Shown one piece after another: positions 33,316 to 44,406 of a DNA stretch of 64,000 bases. Position numbers and translations under genes: made by a program. Under the pieces are notes generated by a model. The model worked only from the letters and a program-made list of their open reading frames with translations. It searched no databases and was not told where the DNA came from. Numbering within the stretch: the first letter of the stretch is position 1; each line of letters begins with the position of its first letter. This stretch comes from Candidatus Omnitrophota bacterium (GTDB lineage Bacteria > Omnitrophota > Gorgyraeia > Pluralincolimonadales > Pluralincolimonadaceae): positions 194,989-258,988 of the forward strand of contig JAQUPL010000002.1 in assembly GCA_028716565.1 (NCBI GenBank), given 5' to 3'.

Positions 33316-34869
33316 TTGGGACCCGGCTTTCCACAGGTGAAAAAGTATATTCTCGTTGCCATAACAGGGGTGGCCCTTTTTGCCATAATAAAAGGGTCGC
33401 CTCTCTATTGCAGGTCTTCCGAGCGCCTCTCCGATTACGATACCCTTTTTTCCGAAGGCCAAAAATCGAAGAGCGCCGATACGAGGTCTTATGCCCGTTT
33501 TCTCATGGGCAACATGCTCGACAACGAATCAAAGTTCGAGCGGGCCATCGAGGAATACAAGAAGGCCCTGAAGCAGGACCCCAAGTCCTCGACCATAAAT
33601 ACGTGCATAGCGCTTGATTATATCCGGCTCAACAAGTCCGAGGATGCGGAGAAATACCTCAATATTGCGATCGAGAGCGACCCTTCGGACGTCAATGCCC
33701 GTTTTACCCTCGCCCTCCTCTACACGATAACGAAGAAATTCGACAAGGCCGCCCAGCAATATGAAGAGATAGTAAAAAAGGACCCGCACGACATCAAAGC
33801 CCTCGCCTCGCTCGCCGATCTTTACGTGGTCCAGAAAAAGATAGAGGAAGCCGCCAAGGTTTACGAGGACATCCTCAAGGAAGGCAAGGAGTCGGGGCTG
33901 ATACATTTTACGCTGGGGATCTTTTACACGAAGTTAGGGAAATATGACGATGCGCTCAAACATTTCGACGCGGCCGTAAAGCTCAATCCCGATTATGCCG
34001 AAGCGCGCCTGAGCAGGGCGATAATCTGGGAACTTAAGGGCGATTACCCCAAGGCGATAGAGGACTACAAGAAGACCCTCGAGGCCGAGCCGCTGAACAC
34101 GAAGATATATGCCTTGCTTGCGCACGCGTATTACCGCGCCGGAAAAATTGAGGACTCGATCGCGACCTATAAACTTATCATCGGCCTCGCGCCGGATAAG
34201 ATAGACGGTTATCTTGAGCTCGCGTATGTCTATCTAGATGAAAAGAAGCCCGACGAGGCACTTAGCTTCCTTGATAAGGCGGCCGTTATAAAAAATGAGC
34301 CGCGCGTCAACCTGGCCTTTATAGTGAAAGGGATGGCCTATTCGCAGAAGAAGATGCCGGCGGAGGCCATAGCCGCCTATAAGCGGGCTATAGAACTCGC
34401 GCCGAAGGATGCCGAAGGATATTTTTATTTGGCCTCAGTCTACGAAAGCAGCGGGGATAAAGCGCTCGCCATAGAAGAATTAAAAAAGGCGATCGCGCTC
34501 AACCCCAGGCATGCCGACGCGCTTAACTTTTTGGGCTATATGTACGCCGAAGAGGGGACGAACCTCGATGAGGCGATAAGCCTCATCAAGCGCGCTATCG
34601 ATATAAGCCCGAATAACGGCGCCTATATAGATAGCCTCGGTTGGGCATATTTCAAGAAGGGGATGACCGACGAGGCGATAGTCCAGCTCGAGAAGGCGAT
34701 ATCCATTTACGGGAAAGATTCGATACTCTATGACCACCTTGGGGACGCATATTACAAGAAAGGCCTGACGGCGAAGGCGGAGGACGCCTGGAAGAAGTCG
34801 TTGGAATTGAAAGTCGACCAGCCGTCGATCAAAGAGAAGCTCGAAAGATCGCAGAAAGCCCGGAGATAA
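33316..34869 (+). CDS. Tetratricopeptide (TPR) repeat protein with N-terminal membrane anchor
   Basis: Many 34-aa TPR units (for example AEARLSRAIIWELKGDYPKAIEDYKKTLE). The track start is a TTG; the GTG at 33337 is an alternative start. Confidence 0.8.
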   Translation: MGPGFPQVKKYILVAITGVALFAIIKGSPLYCRSSERLSDYDTLFSEGQKSKSADTRSYARFLMGNMLDNESKFERAIEEYKKALKQDPKSSTINTCIALDYIRLNKSEDAEKYLNIAIESDPSDVNARFTLALLYTITKKFDKAAQQYEEIVKKDPHDIKALASLADLYVVQKKIEEAAKVYEDILKEGKESGLIHFTLGIFYTKLGKYDDALKHFDAAVKLNPDYAEARLSRAIIWELKGDYPKAIEDYKKTLEAEPLNTKIYALLAHAYYRAGKIEDSIATYKLIIGLAPDKIDGYLELAYVYLDEKKPDEALSFLDKAAVIKNEPRVNLAFIVKGMAYSQKKMPAEAIAAYKRAIELAPKDAEGYFYLASVYESSGDKALAIEELKKAIALNPRHADALNFLGYMYAEEGTNLDEAISLIKRAIDISPNNGAYIDSLGWAYFKKGMTDEAIVQLEKAISIYGKDSILYDHLGDAYYKKGLTAKAEDAWKKSLELKVDQPSIKEKLERSQKARR

Positions 34870-35699
34870 TGGCAAGACCAAGCCTCGACCAGTTAAAAGA
34901 TACGGCTAAAGGGATAAGGAAGGACGTCCTGACGATGCTTTCGGAGGCGGGGTCCGGACATACGTCCGGCTCGCTCTCATGCATCGAGATCGTCGTAGCC
35001 CTTTATTATTATAAATTGCGTTATGACCCCAAGAATATCAAATGGCCGGAGAGAGACAGGTTCGTCCTTTCGAAGGGCCACACTTGCCCGACGCTCTACG
35101 CGGTGCTCGCGCGCAGGGGATTCTTCCCGTGCGAGGCCCTTATGACCCTGCGAAAGCGCGGTTCGATACTCCAGGGGCACGCGAGCCTCAGCACGCCGGG
35201 CTGCGAGGCCTCGACCGGCTCGCTCGGACAGGGGCTCTCCATCTCAGACGGGATGGCGCTATCCGCGCGCATGGACTTCAAGGATTACAGGGTATATTGC
35301 CTGTTGGGAGACGGCGAGCTTGACGAAGGTCAGGTATGGGAAGCCGCCATGACGGCCGCGCATTATAAGATCGACAACCTCTGCGCTATCATAGACCTCA
35401 ACAAGCAGCAGATAGACGGTTGGACGAGCGACATCAAGAACCTCGAGCCGGTAAAGGACAAATGGCTCGCTTTCGGCTGGCACGTCATAGAGATAGACGG
35501 CCATGATTTCAAGCAGATAATGGACGCGCTCGATAAGGCCGAGATGATAAAAGGGAAACCCACGGTGATAATAGCGCATACGGTAAAGGGCAAGGGCGTC
35601 TCGTTCATCGAGAAGAACGCGCCCGGATACCACGGTACGGCGGTCAAGAAGGCCGACCTTGAAAAGGCGCTGAAAGAAATAGAAGATGGACTTAAATAA
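34869..35699 (+). CDS. Transketolase, N-terminal (TPP-binding) subunit of a split enzyme
   Basis: GSGHTSGSLS and GSLGQGLS motifs; 276 aa. Confidence 0.9.
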   Translation: MARPSLDQLKDTAKGIRKDVLTMLSEAGSGHTSGSLSCIEIVVALYYYKLRYDPKNIKWPERDRFVLSKGHTCPTLYAVLARRGFFPCEALMTLRKRGSILQGHASLSTPGCEASTGSLGQGLSISDGMALSARMDFKDYRVYCLLGDGELDEGQVWEAAMTAAHYKIDNLCAIIDLNKQQIDGWTSDIKNLEPVKDKWLAFGWHVIEIDGHDFKQIMDALDKAEMIKGKPTVIIAHTVKGKGVSFIEKNAPGYHGTAVKKADLEKALKEIEDGLK

Positions 35700-36641
35700 A
35701 TGGCTGTAATTAAACCCACGCGCGACGGATTCGGCGAGGCGCTGGTCGAGCTCGGAAAGTCCAACAAGGACGTCGTAGTATTGTCCGCGGATCTTACCGC
35801 CTCGGTGCGCGCCAATTGGTTCAGGGATAAATATCCGGAGAGGTTCTTCGATTTCGGGGTAGCCGAGCAGGATATGATATCGACTGCCGCTGGTTTCGCG
35901 TTGAGCGGCAAGGTCCCGTTCGCGTGCACGTTCGGCGTCTTCGCTTCGGGCCGCGCCTGGGACCAGATACGGCTTTCGGTCTGCTACATGAACTTAAACG
36001 TCAAGATCGCGGGCAGCCACGGCGGGATATCTGTCGGCCCGGACGGCGCCTCGCACCAGGCCCTGGAAGAGATCACATTGATGCGCGTACTGCCGAATAT
36101 GACGGTTATCGTACCGTGCGATTCGGAAGAGGCGCGCCTCGCGACACTCGCGGCCGCTTCGCATCCCGGGCCGGTATACTTAAGGCTGGGGCGCGAACCT
36201 TCCCCGGTAATAACCGATTATAAGGATACTTACAAGATAGGCAAGGCTTTGCGCATGGCCGACGGTTCCGATCTCACTATAATAGGGACCGGTATTATGG
36301 TGCATGAAGCGCTGAAGGCGAGGGACGACCTCAAGAAACAGGGAGTGTCGGCCCGAGTAGTAAATCTCCATACGGTAAAGCCGATAGATAAGGAAGAGAT
36401 AATAAAGGCCGCGAAGGAGACAAGGGCTATCGTCACCGCCGAGGAGCACACGGTCGCAGGCGGGATGGGCAGCGCGGTCGCCGAAGTGCTCGCCGAAAAT
36501 TACCCGGTCCCGATGCGCATAGTAGGGATGAAGGACCGTTTCGGCGAATCCGGAGAGGCCCTTGAGCTCATGAAGTATTTCGGCCTTACCGCCGAGGGCA
36601 TCGTGAAAGCGGCGCTTGAACTCCTTAAAACCAAAAAGTAA
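35700..36641 (+). CDS. Transketolase, C-terminal (pyrimidine-binding) subunit
   Basis: FGVAEQDMISTAAG motif; 313 aa. Adjacent to the N-terminal subunit gene with a 1-nt gap. Confidence 0.9.
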   Translation: MAVIKPTRDGFGEALVELGKSNKDVVVLSADLTASVRANWFRDKYPERFFDFGVAEQDMISTAAGFALSGKVPFACTFGVFASGRAWDQIRLSVCYMNLNVKIAGSHGGISVGPDGASHQALEEITLMRVLPNMTVIVPCDSEEARLATLAAASHPGPVYLRLGREPSPVITDYKDTYKIGKALRMADGSDLTIIGTGIMVHEALKARDDLKKQGVSARVVNLHTVKPIDKEEIIKAAKETRAIVTAEEHTVAGGMGSAVAEVLAENYPVPMRIVGMKDRFGESGEALELMKYFGLTAEGIVKAALELLKTKK

Positions 36642-37510
36642 TGCCTGTAATCAACTTAAGACCTCCCGCAAAGATAAACCTGTGCCTTAAGGTCCTGCGC
36701 AAGCGGCCCGACGGATATCACGATATAGAGACCGTCTTCGAGCGCATAGACCTCTGCGATGAGCTTACCCTGAAGCCGATACCCGAAGATATTGTGGTAA
36801 AATGCGATGACCCACAAGTGCCTTGTGATAAGCGCAACCTGATCTACAAGGCCGCGCAGATGCTCAGGGAAAAATGCGGAGTGTTGGCCGGGGTGGAGAT
36901 GACCTTAAAGAAGAATATCCCGGTCGCCGCCGGGTTAGGCGGCGCCAGCTCGGATTGCGCCTACGCTTTGCGCGGCCTGAACGAGCTTTGGAACTTAAAA
37001 CTTAATAAAAGTCAATTATTTGAGATAAGCGGCGCCATAGGGGCTGATGTCGCCTTCTTTTTGCTCGATTCAGGGAGGGCGATAGGCCGCGGGAGAGGCG
37101 AAATCCTCGAACCGTGCGGGGCCGGGCAGGAAAAAGACGGTTTTTGGTATCTCCTTGTGAATCCCGGGTTTCCGGTGCTGGCAAAAGAAGCCTATGAGGC
37201 CCTAAATTTGGGCTTGACTTCGGCCCCTTCTGATAGTAGAATTAACCCTGTTCGCCTCAAAGAGATAAGATTTGAGGGCCTTAAGGATCTTTTATTTAAT
37301 AGCTTGGAAGTCCCGGTTGAACGTAAGTTCAGCGCCATCTCCGAGATGAAATCTGCGATAAAAGAAGCGGGGCTCAGGTTTTCGATAATGAGCGGCAGCG
37401 GACCTACTGTGTATGGGGTGGCTTCCGGTAAAGAGGAAGCTCTGGAAGCTAAGAGTAGGCTCATACTTAGGAAGGGGTGGCAGGCTTTTGTCGCGCAGAC
37501 TTTGTGGTAA
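36641..37510 (+). CDS. ispE: 4-diphosphocytidyl-2-C-methyl-D-erythritol kinase
   Basis: GHMP kinase motif PVAAGLGGASSDCA and N-terminal PAKINLCLKV. Confidence 0.85.
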   Translation: MPVINLRPPAKINLCLKVLRKRPDGYHDIETVFERIDLCDELTLKPIPEDIVVKCDDPQVPCDKRNLIYKAAQMLREKCGVLAGVEMTLKKNIPVAAGLGGASSDCAYALRGLNELWNLKLNKSQLFEISGAIGADVAFFLLDSGRAIGRGRGEILEPCGAGQEKDGFWYLLVNPGFPVLAKEAYEALNLGLTSAPSDSRINPVRLKEIRFEGLKDLLFNSLEVPVERKFSAISEMKSAIKEAGLRFSIMSGSGPTVYGVASGKEEALEAKSRLILRKGWQAFVAQTLW

Positions 37511-37569
37511 GCCAGTCATTCCTCGATCCCGCCGGGCGGGACTTCATCTGAGGGGGAAAGGAGCGGCAG

Positions 37570-38004
37570 ATGCAGATCACCGAGGTCAGGGTCTTCATGA
37601 AAGAGGGTCAGGACAGGAAGCTTAAGGCTTACGCCACGGTCACTTTCGACAATGCGTTTGTCGTCAGGAATATAAAGGTCATCGAGGGGCAGAAGGGCCT
37701 CTTCGTCGCGATGCCGTCGAGGAAGATGAAGGAACCCTGCCCTAAATGCAATTTTAAGAACGTAGTGCGCTCCAAATATTGCAACAACTGCGGTTCCGGC
37801 CTGGATTGCATCACCCGTCAGGCGGCGAAGAGCCCGGAGGACGAGGCGAAGGAACGCCAGGCGGAACACAAAGACATAGCCCATCCTATCACGCTCGAAT
37901 TCAGGGAGCTTATCCAGAAGAAGGTCCTGGATGCCTTTGATGCCGAGAAGAAGAAGGGTCCTGTCCCAGCCAAAGGGGCGGAGTACGCAGAAGAAGAAGA
38001 CTAA
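37570..38004 (+). CDS. spoVG: SpoVG family protein with an inserted zinc-ribbon (CPKC...CNNC) and an acidic C-terminal tail
   Basis: MQITEVRVFMKEG...FVVRNIKVIEGQKGLFVAMPSRK...DIAHPIT matches SpoVG. About 40 aa with CxxC-N13-CxxC are inserted between the conserved FVAMPS and DIAHPI segments. RBS GGGGGAAAGGAG. Confidence 0.75.
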   Translation: MQITEVRVFMKEGQDRKLKAYATVTFDNAFVVRNIKVIEGQKGLFVAMPSRKMKEPCPKCNFKNVVRSKYCNNCGSGLDCITRQAAKSPEDEAKERQAEHKDIAHPITLEFRELIQKKVLDAFDAEKKKGPVPAKGAEYAEEED

Positions 38005-38024
38005 CCGCTAGTTTTATTTTCTTC

Positions 38025-38098
38025 TGCCCGGTAGTGTAAGGGTAGCACACGAGAATTTGGATCTCGGCGTTGAGGTTCGAATCCTCACCGGGCAACCA
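38025..38098 (+). tRNA. tRNA-Gln (anticodon TTG), CCA encoded
   Basis: Manual cloverleaf: acceptor TGCCCGG/CCGGGCA, D-arm GTGT-AAGGGTA-GCAC, anticodon stem CGAGA/TCTCG with loop ATTTGGA, 4-nt variable loop, T-arm TGAGG-TTCGAAT-CCTCA, discriminator A, then CCA. Confidence 0.8.
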
Positions 38099-38115
38099 AT
38101 GCGAGGCGAATCGGA

Positions 38116-39372
<1,257 letters not shown>

Positions 39373-39388
39373 GGGATAAGAGCACAAA

Positions 39389-40660
39389 TTGAGCGGCTTC
39401 GGTTGTGTGGTCCTTGCCGCCGGCAAGGGAACGCGTTTCTATTCCGATATACCGAAAGTCCTGCATGACCTGCACGGGAAACCCGTCCTTCAGCATGTCC
39501 TGGACGCGGCGTCGGCATGCGGGTTCGAAAAACCGGCCGTCGTGATAGGCCGCGGGGCCGGAGAGATCGGGCGTTTCCTTAAAGGTAAGGCCAGGCCCGT
39601 CGTCCAGGAGAGGCAGCTCGGCACGGCGGACGCGGTAAAGTCCGCGAAGAAAGAATTATCGCGGTTTGATGATGTCGCGGTCCTTTACGGCGATGTTCCT
39701 CTCGTAAAAAAAGAGACCTTACGGTCTTTGGTAAAGCAGCATAAGGCTTTCGCGTCTTCCTGTACGGTCCTGACCGTCGAGATGGAAGACCCGTCCGGAT
39801 ACGGCAGGATCATCCGCGGGATATCAGGCGGCGTGGAGGCTATAGTTGAGGATAAGGAGGCGACGGCGGAAGAGAAGCGGGTCCGCGAGATAAACGTCGG
39901 GCTCTATTGTTTCGACCGCAAAGACCTTTTTGAAGCCATTGACAAGGTGCAGAGATCGAAGGTCAAGAAGGAATTCTACCTGACCGACGTGATCGCTATC
40001 CTTTTGGAAGACGGCAAGAAAGTCGGCGCATTCAAGACCGGCGATCCCGATGAGTCCATCGGGATCAACTCGAGGGCTGATTTGGCTAAGGCATATTCGA
40101 TATTGAACCAAAGGAAGATAAAGGAACTTACCGGCGGGTCGGTCACCGTATTGGACCCGACGACGACATTCATATCGCCGGAGGCGAAGATCGGCAGGGA
40201 CACGGTAATATATCCCTTTACCTTTATCGAGAAGAATGTGGTCATAGGCAAGCGCTGCTCGATAGGGCCGTTCTGCAGGTTAAGGCCCGGCACGGCCATC
40301 GGTGACGGCGCCGAGATCGGGAATTTTGTCGAGATCGTCCGTTCGAAGATCGGCTCCAAGTCGAAGGCCAAGCACCTGACCTACCTCGGCGATACCGTCG
40401 TCGGCAAAGGCGCTAACGTGGGATGCGGCACGATAACGGCCAACTACGACGGGAAGAGGAAGAGCGGGACCGTGATAGGGGATAAGGCTTTTATCGGGAG
40501 CGGCACGATACTGGTCGCCCCGGTCAAGATCGGGAACGGCGCCGCAACAGGCGCGGGAAGCGTTGTCTTAAAAAATAAAAACATCCCGGCCGGAGCTGTC
40601 GTCGTGGGAGTGCCGGCGAGGATATTGGATAAATCCAAAAAGGCAAAGGGCAAAAGATGA
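39389..40660 (+). CDS. glmU: Bifunctional UDP-N-acetylglucosamine pyrophosphorylase / glucosamine-1-phosphate N-acetyltransferase
   Basis: LAAGKGTR nucleotidyltransferase motif and C-terminal left-handed beta-helix hexapeptide repeats. The start is a non-ATG codon at 39389. Confidence 0.9.
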   Translation: MSGFGCVVLAAGKGTRFYSDIPKVLHDLHGKPVLQHVLDAASACGFEKPAVVIGRGAGEIGRFLKGKARPVVQERQLGTADAVKSAKKELSRFDDVAVLYGDVPLVKKETLRSLVKQHKAFASSCTVLTVEMEDPSGYGRIIRGISGGVEAIVEDKEATAEEKRVREINVGLYCFDRKDLFEAIDKVQRSKVKKEFYLTDVIAILLEDGKKVGAFKTGDPDESIGINSRADLAKAYSILNQRKIKELTGGSVTVLDPTTTFISPEAKIGRDTVIYPFTFIEKNVVIGKRCSIGPFCRLRPGTAIGDGAEIGNFVEIVRSKIGSKSKAKHLTYLGDTVVGKGANVGCGTITANYDGKRKSGTVIGDKAFIGSGTILVAPVKIGNGAATGAGSVVLKNKNIPAGAVVVGVPARILDKSKKAKGKR

Positions 40661-41613
40661 AGAACAATAAGGAGATACTGGTATTTTCCGGCAACGCGAA
40701 TCGCGACCTGGCGAAGAAGATCTGTAATTACCTTAAAGTCCAGTTAGGCAATGCCCAGGTCGACAGGTTCAACGACGGCGAGGTAAGGATAAGGATCGCC
40801 GAGGACGTGAGGGGCCGGGACGTCTTTATCGTTCAGCCGACCTGCAATCCGGTAAACGATAATCTAATGGAATTGTTGATAATGACAGATGCCATAAGGC
40901 GCTCATCGGCGCGGCGCATCACCGCGGTCATGCCTTATTACGGGTACAGCAGGCAGGACAGGAAAGACCGGCCGCGCGTCCCGATCACGGCGAAGCTGGT
41001 CGCCAACCTCATAACCGTCGCCGGCGCGAACCGTGTCCTTACGATGGACCTGCACGCGGGCCAGATACAGGGATTTTTCGACATACCGCTCGATAACCTC
41101 TTCGCGGTAAACACTTTCATGAAATATTTCGAGAAGATGCACCTTCCCAACCTCGTCGTCGTCTCGCCGGACGTCGGCGGGATGAAGATGGCGCGCGCTT
41201 ACGCTAAAAAATTCAAGGCAGGACTGGCCGTCGTGGATAAAAGGCGGATAAACGACAAGGAAGCCGAGGTAATGAACATAATGGGCGAGGTCAAGGGCAA
41301 GAACGTTTGCCTTATCGATGACCTTGTCGCTACGGCAGGGACCCTCGTCGAGGCGGTCGCTGCGCTCAAGAACGCGGGGGCAAGGAAGGTCTTTGCCGCG
41401 GCCACGCACGCCGTTTTATCAGGGCCGGCCATAGAGAGGATAGAAAATTCCGAACTGGAGGAATTGATAGTGACCGACACGATACCCATACCCAGGGAGA
41501 AGATGATCCCGCGAATAAAAGTGTTATCGGTCGGGCCGCTTTTGGGACAGGCGATAGAGAGGATACACTACGAGAAATCGATAAGCACGCTATTCGATAA
41601 AGTGTACCAATAA
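40657..41613 (+). CDS. prs: Ribose-phosphate pyrophosphokinase
   Basis: LVFSGNANRDLAKKI, RQDRKDRPR and DLHAGQIQGFF motifs. Confidence 0.95.
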   Translation: MKNNKEILVFSGNANRDLAKKICNYLKVQLGNAQVDRFNDGEVRIRIAEDVRGRDVFIVQPTCNPVNDNLMELLIMTDAIRRSSARRITAVMPYYGYSRQDRKDRPRVPITAKLVANLITVAGANRVLTMDLHAGQIQGFFDIPLDNLFAVNTFMKYFEKMHLPNLVVVSPDVGGMKMARAYAKKFKAGLAVVDKRRINDKEAEVMNIMGEVKGKNVCLIDDLVATAGTLVEAVAALKNAGARKVFAAATHAVLSGPAIERIENSELEELIVTDTIPIPREKMIPRIKVLSVGPLLGQAIERIHYEKSISTLFDKVYQ

Positions 41614-41630
41614 AAGGAGAAAGAAGTTAA

Positions 41631-42332
41631 ATGGAACAGGTAAAACTGGAAGCTAAAGCAAGGAAGGAACTCGGTAAAGAAGTAGTAAAGCGCGAACGCG
41701 TAAAGGGGATAATCCCCGCCGTCGTCTACAGGAAGGGCGAGAAATCCATGCCGCTTTTCCTCGACAGGAAAGCGATGGATAAGGCGCTCCATACCTCGGC
41801 TGGAGAGAACGCCCTCATCAACCTCAAGATCGAGGGCGATGAGAAGGCGAAAGCCAAGACCTGCATCATAAAAGAGATCCAGCATGACCCGCTGAGCGGC
41901 CACATATTGCACGTCGATTTCAACGAGATCTCGCTTACCGAGGAGATCAAGGTGAACGTGCCTCTCGCCTCGAAGGGCGAGGCCGCCGGCGTCAAGCAGG
42001 ACGGAGGCGTGCTCGAGCATCTCCTCTGGGAGATCCAGGTCGAGTGTTTGCCTACCGATATCCCGCAGAAACTTGAGGTCGATGTCAGCAACATGAAGAT
42101 AGGCGATGCGCTTTTTATCAAGGATATAGTCGCGCCTAAGGGCGTCAAGATACTCAATGACCCCGAGGTCAGGATCTTCGCGGTTGAGAAACCGGTAGAG
42201 ATCGTGCCTGAGGAAGTCGCTGCCGCTGCAGAAACCGCCCCGGCCGAACCCGAAGTCCTGAAGCAGAAGAAACCCGAAGAGATAGCTGCGGAAGAAGCAG
42301 CGAAGGCTAAGGAGAAAGAGAAGAAGGAATAA
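41631..42332 (+). CDS. rplY: 50S ribosomal protein L25 / general stress protein Ctc (long form)
   Basis: L25 N-domain followed by a C-terminal Lys/Glu/Ala-rich extension. Confidence 0.85.
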   Translation: MEQVKLEAKARKELGKEVVKRERVKGIIPAVVYRKGEKSMPLFLDRKAMDKALHTSAGENALINLKIEGDEKAKAKTCIIKEIQHDPLSGHILHVDFNEISLTEEIKVNVPLASKGEAAGVKQDGGVLEHLLWEIQVECLPTDIPQKLEVDVSNMKIGDALFIKDIVAPKGVKILNDPEVRIFAVEKPVEIVPEEVAAAAETAPAEPEVLKQKKPEEIAAEEAAKAKEKEKKE

Positions 42333-42343
42333 CGGTCAACGAG

Positions 42344-42952
42344 ATGAAAGTGATCATCGGCCTAGGGAATCCCGGGAAGAGATACGAAAAGACCCGGCAC
42401 AACGTGGGTTTCATGGTCGCGTCCACGCTGGCCGGCAGCCACGGCATAAGGTTAAATACGAAGGCGTTCAATTCGCTCATTGGAAGAGGCAGGATGTTAG
42501 GGGAGGAAGTGACCATAGCGCTTCCCCAGACCTATATGAACAGGTCCGGAGAGGCTGTCAGGGCGATACTCTCGCGCAGGAAGACCGAACTTTGCGACCT
42601 GCTCGTTATCTGCGATGACGTCAACCTCTCTCTCGGGATCACGCGCATAAGGGCCGACGGCTCTGCCGGAGGCCACAACGGCCTCGCTTCAATAATAGAG
42701 CACCTCGGAAGCGGCGATTTCGCGAGGCTTAAGGTCGGCATAGGCAAGCCCCGCTCTTGCATGCAAGAGCGGAACACGGATACAGAAAGCTCCGGCCTGA
42801 GCGGATATGTCCTCTCGACTTTCAAGAAGTCCGAAGAAGCGATCCTAGGCGAAGCAATGGAAACTTCCGTCGATTGTTGCGAAACATGGCTCAAGGGCGG
42901 CGTAGAACGCGCCGCGACTCGGTTCAATCTGAAGAATAGAAAGGAAGGGTAG
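42344..42952 (+). CDS. pth: Peptidyl-tRNA hydrolase
   Basis: IIGLGNPG and HNGL motifs. Confidence 0.9.
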   Translation: MKVIIGLGNPGKRYEKTRHNVGFMVASTLAGSHGIRLNTKAFNSLIGRGRMLGEEVTIALPQTYMNRSGEAVRAILSRRKTELCDLLVICDDVNLSLGITRIRADGSAGGHNGLASIIEHLGSGDFARLKVGIGKPRSCMQERNTDTESSGLSGYVLSTFKKSEEAILGEAMETSVDCCETWLKGGVERAATRFNLKNRKEG

Positions 42953-43243
42953 ATGAAGAAATACGAAGGGCTTTTCATACTCAAACCTAACTTAAGCGAC
43001 GAAGAATACGGGAAGCTGACCGCCGCAGTCGTAGAGGTCATCACCAAGAACGGCGGGAAGGTCGATGCTAAAGAGGAATTAGGGATCAGAGACCTCGCCT
43101 ATCCCATAAAGAAAGAGAAGAAGGGCCGCTACCTTTTGGCGTATTTTACCGCCGAGCCGCAGTCGATTGTGGCGATGGAGAGGGTCTATAAGATAAACGA
43201 ATCTGTCCTCAGGGCCGTCATCTTCATCCACGAGGCCCAATAA
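42953..43243 (+). CDS. rpsF: 30S ribosomal protein S6
   Basis: YEGLFILKPNLSDEE; 96 aa. Confidence 0.9.
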   Translation: MKKYEGLFILKPNLSDEEYGKLTAAVVEVITKNGGKVDAKEELGIRDLAYPIKKEKKGRYLLAYFTAEPQSIVAMERVYKINESVLRAVIFIHEAQ

Positions 43244-43254
43244 GAGAGGTATCT

Positions 43255-43668
43255 ATGGCCAACCTTAACAAGGTATTTCTGATCGGTAATCTGACGCGGG
43301 ATCCCGAACTGAGGTATATCCCGAGCGGGAGCGCGGTCACGACATTCACCGTCGCGGTCAACCGCGTCTATACGCAGCAGGGAGAGAAGAAGGAAGAGGT
43401 CTCTTTTATTAAAGTGGTCGTCTGGGCCAAGATGGCGGAGACGTGCGGCGAGTATCTTTCTAAAGGCAGCCCGGTCTTCGTCGAGGGAAGGATCCAGAGC
43501 CGCAGCTGGGAAACGCCCCAGGGCGAAAAACGCTCCGCGGTTGAGGTCATCGCCGAACGGGTGCAATTCCTGGGACGGGCCAAAGGAACCAAACAGGAGG
43601 GCGGCCCGGAGGCCGAGCCTGCCGATACGCAAACCAACGCGCCATCCGGAGAAGATGCGCCGTTTTAA
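43255..43668 (+). CDS. ssb: Single-stranded DNA-binding protein
   Basis: OB fold (NKVFLIGNLTRDPELRY) and an acidic C-terminal tip EDAPF. Confidence 0.9.
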   Translation: MANLNKVFLIGNLTRDPELRYIPSGSAVTTFTVAVNRVYTQQGEKKEEVSFIKVVVWAKMAETCGEYLSKGSPVFVEGRIQSRSWETPQGEKRSAVEVIAERVQFLGRAKGTKQEGGPEAEPADTQTNAPSGEDAPF

Positions 43669-43696
43669 CCGACAGTAAGGAGAGAACAGGCAGAAG

Positions 43697-43927
43697 ATGG
43701 AAAGAAGAGAGAAGAGGGTATACAGGAAGAAGGTCTGCAAATTCTGCGGGGAGAAGGTAAAAGCGATAGATTACAAAGACACGATGAGGATCGCGAAATT
43801 TGTGACGGAAAGGGGCAAGATCATACCGTCGCGGATATCCGGAAATTGCGCGAAACACCAGCGCATGCTCGCGAAGGCCATAAAGAAGGCCCGCCTCGCC
43901 GCGTTCATACCTTATACCTCGGTCTAA
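43697..43927 (+). CDS. rpsR: 30S ribosomal protein S18
   Basis: CKFC...IDYKD...[13 protein letters not shown]. Confidence 0.9.
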   Translation: MERREKRVYRKKVCKFCGEKVKAIDYKDTMRIAKFVTERGKIIPSRISGNCAKHQRMLAKAIKKARLAAFIPYTSV

Positions 43928-43955
43928 GTTTTCCAAAATATAGAGAGGGCGTTCA

Positions 43956-44405
43956 ATGGCGACAAAATTGATATTGTTGAAGGATGTCGATAACCTCGGG
44001 AAATCCGGCGATATAATATCCGCGAGCGAAGGCTACGCCAGGAACTTCCTTTTACCGCGCGGCCTGGCCCTGGCGGCTACCGAGCAGAATATAAAGACTG
44101 CCGAAGCCAACAAGAAACAGAAGGCCGAGGCGATGGAGAAGGAGAGGCAGGAAGCGGCCAGGCTCGCCGATGCCATCTCAAAAGTCTCCTGCACCATAGC
44201 CGTAGAGGCGGGAAAGGACGACAAGTTGTTCGGTTCGGTCACGAACATCGACATACAGAAAGCGCTGGAGGCCGAGGGCATAACTGTCGACAAGAAGAGG
44301 ATAGAGATCAAAGACCATATAACCCAGATAGGGATATTCCAGATCCCGATAAAACTGCACCAGGATATCACCGCTAACCTGAAACTATGGGTGGTCAAGA
44401 AATAA
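43956..44405 (+). CDS. rplI: 50S ribosomal protein L9
   Basis: MKLILLKDVDNLGKSGDI. Confidence 0.9.
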   Translation: MATKLILLKDVDNLGKSGDIISASEGYARNFLLPRGLALAATEQNIKTAEANKKQKAEAMEKERQEAARLADAISKVSCTIAVEAGKDDKLFGSVTNIDIQKALEAEGITVDKKRIEIKDHITQIGIFQIPIKLHQDITANLKLWVVKK

Positions 44406-44406
44406 C

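Noticed and set aside
37527-37545. CCCGC-CGG-GCGGG hairpin after ispE
   Set aside because: 3-nt loop, 5-bp stem and no downstream T tract; too weak to call a terminator.
38025-38098. tRNA-Gln as a possible integration hotspot or genomic island border
   Set aside because: There is no integrase, no direct repeat of the tRNA 3-prime end, and the flanking genes (spoVG, clpX, glmU, prs) are housekeeping.
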